Origin: Nitrospinota bacterium
GTDB taxonomy: Bacteria; Nitrospinota_A; JADGAW01
Length of the DNA: 59,515 nt
Assembly: GCA_015231815.1 (NCBI GenBank)
Contig: JADGAW010000001.1
Location: 1-59,515 of the forward strand
Direction: 5' to 3'
The position numbers and the translations under genes were made by a program. Shown one piece after another: positions 10,175 to 18,116 of the stretch. The notes under the pieces are model-generated. The model was not told the origin of the DNA and did not search any database. It was given only the letters and a program-made list of their open reading frames with translations. Numbering within the stretch: the first letter of the stretch is position 1; each line of letters starts with the position of its first letter.

Positions 10175-10759
10175 TTATTTTGTGAGAATACCTTCGATCT
10201 CCAGCACTAATTTAACTTTATCTCCAACAACCAGACCACCTGTTTCAAGAGCTTTGTTCCACGTAAGTCCAAAGTCTGAGCGATTAATTGCCCCGGAAGC
10301 TGAAAAACCAGCTCTGGTTTTTCCCCAAGGATCTTTTACCGTTCCCCCAAATTCACCTTTTAACGTTACACTTTTTGTTACTCCGTGAATAGTAAGATCA
10401 CCAGTAACGGTAATATCTTCTCCTGAACCTTTGGAACTCTTCATGGTAAAGACAATGTCTGGAAACTTTTCCACATCAAAGAAATCCGGTGATCGAAGGT
10501 GATTGTCTCTTTTTTCAATATCGGTGTTTATGCTGGCACTTTTGATTTTTGCATCAATTGATTTTAAGGTTTGTGCTGTTTCGTCAAACTCAAATGTTCC
10601 TGAAAAGTCAGTAAAATTACCCACAACATTTGTTATGACCATATGTTTAATGGAAAAACCCACACGACTGTGTCCTTTGTCCACTTCGTAGGTCCCGGCA
10701 AAGGTTGGTAAAACATACAAGAGTAAAGCTGCCGCTGTTAACGAAATTATTTTTTTCAT
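10175..10759 (-). CDS. YceI family (polyisoprenoid-binding) periplasmic protein
   Basis: Signal peptide plus 'YEVDKGHSRVGFSIKHMVITNVVGNFTDFSGTFEFD' and 'LTIHGVTKSVTL', which are YceI hallmarks. Confidence 0.9.
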   Translation of the reverse strand: MKKIISLTAAALLLYVLPTFAGTYEVDKGHSRVGFSIKHMVITNVVGNFTDFSGTFEFDETAQTLKSIDAKIKSASINTDIEKRDNHLRSPDFFDVEKFPDIVFTMKSSKGSGEDITVTGDLTIHGVTKSVTLKGEFGGTVKDPWGKTRAGFSASGAINRSDFGLTWNKALETGGLVVGDKVKLVLEIEGILTK

Positions 10760-10880
10760 TTTTTCCTCTCATTTAAAGTTAATAAAGATTAGTTACCGTT
10801 GTTTATGTAAAATAGTTGCCTTACAATTTGAGTAATTTAACGCTTTTTTTTAAAAATCACAACTAAACAAGGATTTCACT

Positions 10881-12521
10881 ATGATGAAAATAATCCCCCT
10901 TATATTTCTCCTCTTTATTTTTACCGCCTGTCAAAACCAGTCGGGTGAAAAGTCGAACTCGCAACAGTCAGAAACAAAAGAAATAATAAAACCAAAAGCT
11001 ATTGTAGAAAAAACAAAAATGATTGAAGGGGGAATTGGTGATGCATCAAACCTCATTCCGATGATTGCCACCGATGCAGCATCTCACTCAATTGCCGGGT
11101 TAATTTTCAACGGCATTATTAAGTTTGACAAAAACCTGAATATTGTTGGTGATCTGGCAGAAAACTGGGATATTTCAGAAGATAACCTTACCATCACCTT
11201 TCACCTCAGAAAAGGAGTGAAGTGGCAGGACGGAGTAGAGTTTACTGCCCATGATGTTGAGTTTGGCTATAAGCTCATTACAGACCCAAATACGCCAACT
11301 CCCTACGGCAGCGACTTTATGGAGATCAAAGAATTCAAGGTCATTGACGACTATAATTTCAGTGTAACCTATAAAGAACCTTTCGCTCCGGCATTAGCAA
11401 GTTGGGGGAATTTGGTGGTACTGCCAAAACATATTTTAGAGGGACAGGACATAACAAAAACTCCTTTTGCAAGAAATCCAGTTGGGTTAGGTCCATATAA
11501 ATTTAAGGAATGGAAAACCGGCAGTTCAATTACCCTTGAGGCAAGCGAAACTTATTTTGACGGAAAACCTAAAATTGACGTTTACCACATGAGGGTTATT
11601 CCTGATCAGGCAACCTTATTTCTTGAACTTAAGTCAAAGGGAATTGATCAAATGGGATTAACCCCGACACAGTACAAAAGGCAAACAAACTCAGAGTTTT
11701 TTGAAAAAAACTTCAATAAATTCAAGTATATAGGGTCTGTTTATACTTACCTTGGCTATAACCATGAGCGGGAAATATTTAAGGATAAAAGAGTCAGACA
11801 GGCAATAACATATGCAATTGATAAAAATGAAATAATTGAAGGTGTACTTTTAGGCTTGGGACAACCTGCTCAGGGTCCCTACAAACCGGGAACTTGGTTT
11901 TACAACGATAAGGTTAAGAAATACCCATATAACCCAGAAAAGGCAAAAGAGCTGTTAAAGGAAGCCGGATGGTCTGATACTAATGGCGACGGACTTTTAG
12001 ACAAAGATGGCAAGGATTTTACCTTCACCATTATTACCAATCAGGGTAACTCTTTGCGAGCCAAAACAGCGGAAATAATTCAAATGCGATTAAAAGCGAT
12101 TGGTATTAACGTTGAGATTATGATTATTGAATGGGCGGCATTTTTAAAGGACTTTGTTGATGTCGGTAAGTTTGATGCAATTATTCTTGGATGGTCAGTA
12201 AGCGGTAGTGACCCTGACCAATACGATATCTGGCATTCAAGCAAAACAGGACCGAGCCAGTTTAATTTTGTTCATTACATAAACAAGGAAATTGACGAAC
12301 TTCTTGTGAAGGGAAGAAAAATATTCGACCATGAGGAACGAAGAAAATATTACGACCGATTTCAGGAAATCCTTGCAGAAGAACAGCCTTACACCTTCCT
12401 TTATGTTCCTGAATCTTTGCCAATAGTTCATGGTCGTTTTAAGGGAATTGACCCTGGTCCGGCAGGAATAGCGTACAACTTTGACAAATGGTATGTTGAT
12501 AGGAATTTCCTTACACAATAG
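10881..12521 (+). CDS. ABC transporter substrate-binding lipoprotein, family 5 (peptide/nickel, OppA/DppA-like)
   Basis: 546 aa with lipobox 'IFTAC' and SBP_bac_5-like sequence ('LAENWDISEDNLTITFHLRKGVKWQDG', 'ITNQGN..R'). No permease or ATPase genes are adjacent. Confidence 0.88.
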   Translation: MMKIIPLIFLLFIFTACQNQSGEKSNSQQSETKEIIKPKAIVEKTKMIEGGIGDASNLIPMIATDAASHSIAGLIFNGIIKFDKNLNIVGDLAENWDISEDNLTITFHLRKGVKWQDGVEFTAHDVEFGYKLITDPNTPTPYGSDFMEIKEFKVIDDYNFSVTYKEPFAPALASWGNLVVLPKHILEGQDITKTPFARNPVGLGPYKFKEWKTGSSITLEASETYFDGKPKIDVYHMRVIPDQATLFLELKSKGIDQMGLTPTQYKRQTNSEFFEKNFNKFKYIGSVYTYLGYNHEREIFKDKRVRQAITYAIDKNEIIEGVLLGLGQPAQGPYKPGTWFYNDKVKKYPYNPEKAKELLKEAGWSDTNGDGLLDKDGKDFTFTIITNQGNSLRAKTAEIIQMRLKAIGINVEIMIIEWAAFLKDFVDVGKFDAIILGWSVSGSDPDQYDIWHSSKTGPSQFNFVHYINKEIDELLVKGRKIFDHEERRKYYDRFQEILAEEQPYTFLYVPESLPIVHGRFKGIDPGPAGIAYNFDKWYVDRNFLTQ

Positions 12522-12551
12522 GAGGAAAAGTGATGGGTGAAGAGTGAGAAG

Positions 12552-13490
12552 TTAATTGTGACTGTTAATCCAACCCTTAAGGTCAGCCAGTGGTATTTCC
12601 TTTTCAACCTCGTTATATACCTCATGTTTCAAGCCCTCATATTTTTGAAAAACCTTATCTTTTGAGGGAAAAGAGGTGAAAAGTTCATCCCAACTACTAT
12701 GTTTGAAGGTGTCATCAAGAGAACCAACCTGTATCATGGTGGGAACCGTGACCTTTTTCGCTGCGCACTTCATCGTAGAAAGATAGCACAACAATTCATT
12801 ACCAAGGCGAGAGGTAACTTTTTGATACTTTACCAGTGGGTCATTTTTGTATGCTTCTACGACTTCCTGATCGCTTGAAATAAAATTAGGGTCGATGCCA
12901 GACGGAATTAAAAGCTTAGGTAAGAATGCTGACAATAGTTTGGAGAGTAATATCTGTAATTGCCCTATTCCTTCTCCCACGGCTGCTCCCGTTCCTGAAA
13001 GGGTCAGGGAGCTGTAATCTTGTTTTTCTTGTGAGGAAACATAATGGTTGGCTATGAGGGATCCCATACTGTGACCAATAATATGCACCGGAAGGTCTGG
13101 GTGAGCCTTTCGTAACATCTTCTCAAGAATTGCAATATCAGCGAAAAAGTCCTTGAAACTATCAACATAATGTTGCTTTCCCCCAGATTTTCCATGTCCT
13201 CGGTGGTCAATTGCCCAAACTGCATATTCCTCTGGACAAAGGGTGTTGACAACATTGGTGTAGCGTCCGCTATGTTCTGTAAATCCATGAATAATAAGTA
13301 CAACTCCCCGAGGATGTTCTGGTTTCCAGACCTGATAAAAAATTCTCGTATCTTTGATTCCCTGAAAAAAAGCTGATTCATGCAAAAATGCCTGTTGAAT
13401 GTTTTTAGTCATAAGCCCTCCACTGTTTATAGCCATTCCCTTTATCCATGGCTTCTGACTATCATAAACTATTTCACAATTCATTGACAA
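12552..13490 (-). CDS. Alpha/beta hydrolase (lysophospholipase / monoacylglycerol-lipase-like)
   Basis: 'LIIHGFTEHSGRY' and the nucleophile elbow 'GHSMGS'. The true start may be the internal Met 'MTKNIQQ' at 13412. Confidence 0.85.
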   Translation of the reverse strand: MSMNCEIVYDSQKPWIKGMAINSGGLMTKNIQQAFLHESAFFQGIKDTRIFYQVWKPEHPRGVVLIIHGFTEHSGRYTNVVNTLCPEEYAVWAIDHRGHGKSGGKQHYVDSFKDFFADIAILEKMLRKAHPDLPVHIIGHSMGSLIANHYVSSQEKQDYSSLTLSGTGAAVGEGIGQLQILLSKLLSAFLPKLLIPSGIDPNFISSDQEVVEAYKNDPLVKYQKVTSRLGNELLCYLSTMKCAAKKVTVPTMIQVGSLDDTFKHSSWDELFTSFPSKDKVFQKYEGLKHEVYNEVEKEIPLADLKGWINSHN

Positions 13491-13502
13491 TATTTAAGTA
13501 AT

Positions 13503-13547
13503 ACCTAAATCCTGCAATCGGTTTTACACCGATTGTAGGATTTAGGT
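13503..13547. repeat. 19-bp inverted repeat (stem-loop), 7-nt loop
   Basis: acctaaatcctgcaatcgg / ttttaca / ccgattgtaggatttaggt. The single mismatch is a G:U pair if transcribed from the + strand. No U-tract follows. Confidence 0.7.
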
Positions 13548-13716
13548 TACACATTGAAGCTATTCATCTAAAAAACTAATTTTTAGCCCTTTATATAAGA
13601 AAGTCGCCCATAAGCATCTACCGGGTTTTGATAGTGGGTTCCGTTTATCCCAATTCATAAAAAAGTATTCTTACGTTATAATTCTTACATATTATTACTG
13701 TATATGAATATGTGAG

Positions 13717-13974
13717 ATGGACAAAATATTTTCAACAAGAATCAACGAAGAGGTTCTTTACAGAATAAAAAACCTTTCAAACAATCTGCATATTTCAAAA
13801 AAAGCAATAATTGAAAATGCTGTGAAATTATATGCTTAAAAAGTTGAGAGAGAATCAGGTGCTGATGTTCTAGACTTAACATTTGGCGCATGGCAAAGAG
13901 ATGAACCCACAGAGAAAACCATTAAAGATTCTCGAAATGCCTTAAACAGATCAATATCCCCTTATCAAGTATAA
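13717..13974 (+). pseudogene. Ribbon-helix-helix (CopG/VapB-like) antitoxin with an in-frame TAA at codon 41, followed by a truncated PIN-toxin remnant
   Basis: Translation 'MDKIFSTRINEEVLYRIKNLSNNLHISKKAIIENAVKLYA*KVERESGADVLDLTFGAWQRDEPTEKTIKDSRNALNRSISPYQV*', with the internal TAA at 13837-13839. Directly after it, 'IKAYVDNDVLI*' (13971-14006) resembles a PIN-domain N-terminus. Confidence 0.55.
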
Positions 13975-14157
13975 AAGCTTACGTAGATAATGATGTATTG
14001 ATTTGAAAGATTCAATAAAACTGCTGAAAAACAACGACATACTTTATATAGTAGTCGACGTTATTAGACTAACAGCTTCATCACAAAAAATCTTTTAGAT
14101 TATCTCTTACAGAACACTCAACATTTAACATTTTCAACCTTCTGCTTTTATTATTCT

Positions 14158-15972
14158 ATGAGCTTTCAACCTGACTTTACTAAAATTTCAGAATCACCGG
14201 GAATATACCTGATGAAAAACAAGTCAGGTGAAATTATTTATATTGGTAAGGCAAAAAACCTCAGAAACCGTGTACGCTCTTATTTTCAGGCAAAAGGTAA
14301 CCTTACTTACAAAACCGCAGTTTTGGTTGATCAAATTGCTGATATTGAAACATTGGAAACAACTACCGAGGCAGAAGCTCTTATAACTGAAAGCAATTAT
14401 GTAAAAAAGCACCTTCCAAAATACAATATTCTTCTTAAAGACGGCAAGCATATTCCTTTTGTTCAAGTAACAACTTCTGAACTTTTTCCAAGATTAAAAA
14501 TCGTACGTAAACCAAAAAACGACAAGAACCTCTACTTTGGACCCTATACGTCCGGCACAGAGATTAAATATATCCTTAAATCCATTTACAAACTGTTTCC
14601 AGTTCGACAATCAAAGGATGTACTTGATGGAGTCAAAACCAGACGCCCCTGCCTTAACTATCAGATGAACCAATGTTTTGCCCCATGCGCCGGGAAAATT
14701 TCCCCGGAGGAATACAGTGCCTTAATCAAGCAGGTAATTCTTTTTCTTAAAGGAAAATATAAGGAGCTTATTTCACGACTGGAAGAAGAAATGCTCCATG
14801 AATCCCAAAAGCAAAACTATGAAAAAGCGGGGCAATGTCGGGATCGTATTCAAATGGTAAAAAAACATCTTGAAAATCAGGCTGTTTACAGTGCTAACCT
14901 TGAAACAAGAGATGCTGTAGGACTTTACATTAAGGACGATATTACCGTGGTTCAGATTCTTTCCTTTTTTTCCGGAAAGCTTTCTGGAAACCGTGATTTC
15001 ATTATCAATAGTTTTTCTTCCAACGATCCACAGGAAATCCTTTCTGAAGCCTTACGCCGTTATTACTTTGATAAATCCACCATTCCATCCGAGATACTTA
15101 TTCCCTTTGATTTTGATGACCGGAAAGAGCTGGAGGAATATCTTACAGAAAAACTTCAACGAAAAACAAAGTTAATTGTCCCGGAACGAGGTCTTAAAAA
15201 CAAAATTCTTAAGTTGGCAGCAAAGAACGCAGAATCCATATATGAGAATAAAATCAATAACGCCGATAAAATTAAGCAGGAGTTAAAAAGTATTCAAAAA
15301 ATTCTGAGGCTAAAAAACCTTCCAAGGCTAATTGAAGGGTTTGATATTTCTAACCTTGGCGACACTATTACTGCATCACATGTTTCTTTTGTCAACCTTA
15401 AACCAGATAAAAAACTGTATCGCAACTATAAAATGAAATCGGTTAAGGAACAGGACGATTACCTTTCCATGCAGGAGGTTATTACCAGAAGAATAAGAAG
15501 AATTATTGACGACCACCTTCCCATACCTGACCTTTTAATTATCGACGGCGGTAAGGGTCATTTGGGCGTAGTAGAAAATCTACTTATCAATACCTTTCCG
15601 GAAATATATAAAAACATTGATATTATTGGAATAGCTAAAAAAGGAAGCCATAGCAAAATCATCACCGACGAAATTATTTTAACAAACGGAAAAAGTGTTG
15701 ATGTAAAAGAGTTTTCAGCAGAATTGCGCACAGTATTGCAGGTACGTGACGAAGTTCACAGGGTTGCCGTAACGTTTTTAAGAACAGTTAACCGCAAAAA
15801 AAATCTCTTTTCAGAACTTGATGAAATTAAAGGAATTGGTGAAAAACGAAAAATCCTTTTACTGAAAACCTTCGGAAGTCTCGAAAGAATTAAGCAGGAA
15901 ACCGTTGAAAGTCTTTATGAAAAATGTCATATTCCAGAAAAAATTGCCGTAAAAATCCTAACGAAAGCGTAA
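14158..15972 (+). CDS. uvrC: Excinuclease ABC subunit C
   Basis: 604 aa with an N-terminal GIY-YIG ('GIYLMKNKSGEIIYIGKAKNLRNRVRSY'), a UVR domain, an endonuclease V-like domain and a C-terminal HhH. Confidence 0.95.
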   Translation: MSFQPDFTKISESPGIYLMKNKSGEIIYIGKAKNLRNRVRSYFQAKGNLTYKTAVLVDQIADIETLETTTEAEALITESNYVKKHLPKYNILLKDGKHIPFVQVTTSELFPRLKIVRKPKNDKNLYFGPYTSGTEIKYILKSIYKLFPVRQSKDVLDGVKTRRPCLNYQMNQCFAPCAGKISPEEYSALIKQVILFLKGKYKELISRLEEEMLHESQKQNYEKAGQCRDRIQMVKKHLENQAVYSANLETRDAVGLYIKDDITVVQILSFFSGKLSGNRDFIINSFSSNDPQEILSEALRRYYFDKSTIPSEILIPFDFDDRKELEEYLTEKLQRKTKLIVPERGLKNKILKLAAKNAESIYENKINNADKIKQELKSIQKILRLKNLPRLIEGFDISNLGDTITASHVSFVNLKPDKKLYRNYKMKSVKEQDDYLSMQEVITRRIRRIIDDHLPIPDLLIIDGGKGHLGVVENLLINTFPEIYKNIDIIGIAKKGSHSKIITDEIILTNGKSVDVKEFSAELRTVLQVRDEVHRVAVTFLRTVNRKKNLFSELDEIKGIGEKRKILLLKTFGSLERIKQETVESLYEKCHIPEKIAVKILTKA

Positions 15973-16027
15973 AGCTTGGCTCTTCCAGATATAATAACCA
16001 GAAATATTTTTTACATAAAACCTGACA

Positions 16028-16912
16028 ATGCATACGATTCTTGTTGTAGATAATAATGAGGATGAGCTTCTTTACATCTCAGAAATCCTCAAAGAAAACG
16101 ACTATAAGGTCATACCCGCAGACAGCGGTAAAAAAGCAATAGAACTTTATTATGAAAATAAAAACATTGACCTTATTCTCAGCGACCTTAAAATGCCTGG
16201 AATTACTGGTCAGGAATTGGCAAAGTACAACTACAACAACCGCAACATCCCCTTTATAGCCTGTACCGGACTTGCATGCTGCAGAGCTTCTCTGGAACTT
16301 CTTAAGCTTGGTGTACAGGATTATCTTCTGAAACCCTTTGATAAAGGGGAGTTTGTTCATCTCGTGAAGAATGTTCTTCAAAGAGTTCATCATTCTCCAG
16401 AGAATGGTGAATTAACGCATTTTGAAGGCAATATTTCCTTCATTAAACTAAGGTCAAAAAGGTCTGATATTGATTTAGCACAGGATTGGATAGAGCAAAA
16501 GCTTGAAAATACATTATTGGGAACCGAAAAAGTTCATTTTGTACAATATGTTGTTGAGTTCATTACCAACGCTTATGAACATGGAAACCTAAAAATAACA
16601 GAAGAGGAAAAAAGTAACCTCATAAAAGAAGATCGATACATTGAAGAACTGGAAAAAAGAGAACTCTCCTGTAACGCAATAATTGAAATGTCTCTTTCAA
16701 TTGTTGGTGATGAAGTAGCCGTACATGTAAGTGATGAAGGAGATGGATTTGATTACAAACAATACCTCAATATGCCAGAAGATCAGCTTATAGAACGACT
16801 GCACATGCCAAACGGTAGGGGGATTTTTATTGCCAACACCTTTTTTGATACGATAGAATACAGCAGGTGCGGGGCAAGTGTGCTTTTGATTAAGACAGTT
16901 TCAAAACAATAA
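16028..16912 (+). CDS. Response-regulator receiver domain fused to an RsbW/SpoIIAB-like HATPase (anti-sigma-factor-type Ser kinase) domain
   Basis: REC motifs: 'ILVVDNNEDE', 'DLILSDLKMPGITG', 'LLKPF'. C-terminal motifs: 'EFITNAYEHGN' (N-box), 'VSDEGDGFD' (G1), 'NGRGIFI'. Confidence 0.8.
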   Translation: MHTILVVDNNEDELLYISEILKENDYKVIPADSGKKAIELYYENKNIDLILSDLKMPGITGQELAKYNYNNRNIPFIACTGLACCRASLELLKLGVQDYLLKPFDKGEFVHLVKNVLQRVHHSPENGELTHFEGNISFIKLRSKRSDIDLAQDWIEQKLENTLLGTEKVHFVQYVVEFITNAYEHGNLKITEEEKSNLIKEDRYIEELEKRELSCNAIIEMSLSIVGDEVAVHVSDEGDGFDYKQYLNMPEDQLIERLHMPNGRGIFIANTFFDTIEYSRCGASVLLIKTVSKQ

Positions 16913-16922
16913 CAGCCTTATC

Positions 16923-18116
16923 GTGATTCTAGACCGACACATTTTTATCGAGATGGTTAAAATTTTTCTCCTCTCGGTTATTGTTCTGACAGCAGTCCTG
17001 TTTGTCGATAAAATACTTTTTCTCACTGAAATTATTACCAATAAAGGGATTGAATTTACCAAGGTCATTCTTTTAATCACCTATGTTTCCCCGGCTTTTC
17101 TCGTTATAACGGTACCAATGTCTTTGCTTGCTGCAACCCTCATAACCTTCAATCGTCTTACCGCTGACAGTGAAATGGATGCCATTAAATCCGCCGGAGT
17201 TTCTTTTTATCGCCTTCTCGTCCCCGTTATTGCCTTCTCTGTTATCGTATGCATGTTCAACTATTACCTTATGATTATTGCTCTCCCGGAAGGAAATAAA
17301 TCTTTTCAAACCCTCATTTTCGATATTATTAAAAAAGCTGCAAGTATGCAGATAAAAGAGCGGGTATTTAATAAAAATTTTGGTGATTTTGTTTTATATA
17401 TTGATAGCAAAAGTAGTGATGGACTCGACATAGAGGGAGTTTTTATTTACCATAATCCCAAGACAGGCAAAGCAAAACTGATTACCGCTAAAAAAGGACA
17501 GTTCATTGCCAACCCAAAAAGTATGAAACTGCAACTCAACTTAAAGGATGGTCAAATACATAACTATGTTGAAGAGCGAAAAGCTTATCAGCACCTTTCA
17601 TTTGAAAATTACCTGTTGTCTCTTGAGCTTAATATTGACGATGGGGATGGCAAACGTGCATTAAAGGGAAACAGAGATATGTCCATTAAAGAACTCTTGA
17701 GTAAAATAAAGGTTTTGAAAAAAGAGGGCAAGGATTATAACCGTGAGCTGGTGAGCCTGAACAAAATATTCTCGATACCCTTTGCCTGCCTTTTATTAGG
17801 ATTTATTGGTGCCCCCTTAGGGCTTCATTCAAGACGTGCAGGAAAATCTGGCGGCTTTGCTGTCAGCTTAATTGTTATTTTGGTTTACTACCTGCTCTTA
17901 ATTTCCGGTGAAGGACTTGGTGATGCAGGAAAAATAAATCCCTCAATTGCAATGTGGACTCCCAATATTCTCATTGCCATCGTAGGCTTTTATTTGGTTT
18001 ATAAATCAGCAACAGAAAAACCCTTTACGATGTTAAGAAAAATTCAAGAAATGGTTGAAGGGTTTTTTATTAAAATTATCTCTCTTTTTAATAAGAAAAC
18101 TTACTCTTCTCTGTAG
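16923..18116 (+). CDS. LPS export ABC permease, LptF/LptG (YjgP/YjgQ) family
   Basis: 397 aa with a GTG start. 'LDRHIFIEM...', six hydrophobic segments and a central periplasmic domain fit the YjgP/YjgQ family. Its 3' end overlaps the convergent gene by 16 nt. Confidence 0.85.
   Translation: MILDRHIFIEMVKIFLLSVIVLTAVLFVDKILFLTEIITNKGIEFTKVILLITYVSPAFLVITVPMSLLAATLITFNRLTADSEMDAIKSAGVSFYRLLVPVIAFSVIVCMFNYYLMIIALPEGNKSFQTLIFDIIKKAASMQIKERVFNKNFGDFVLYIDSKSSDGLDIEGVFIYHNPKTGKAKLITAKKGQFIANPKSMKLQLNLKDGQIHNYVEERKAYQHLSFENYLLSLELNIDDGDGKRALKGNRDMSIKELLSKIKVLKKEGKDYNRELVSLNKIFSIPFACLLLGFIGAPLGLHSRRAGKSGGFAVSLIVILVYYLLLISGEGLGDAGKINPSIAMWTPNILIAIVGFYLVYKSATEKPFTMLRKIQEMVEGFFIKIISLFNKKTYSSL

Noticed and set aside
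12237-12625. ORFs 12237-12518 (-) and 12428-12625 (-) at the convergent SBP/hydrolase junction
   Set aside because: They overlap the 3' ends of two well-supported genes and have no recognisable motifs. They are treated as spurious.
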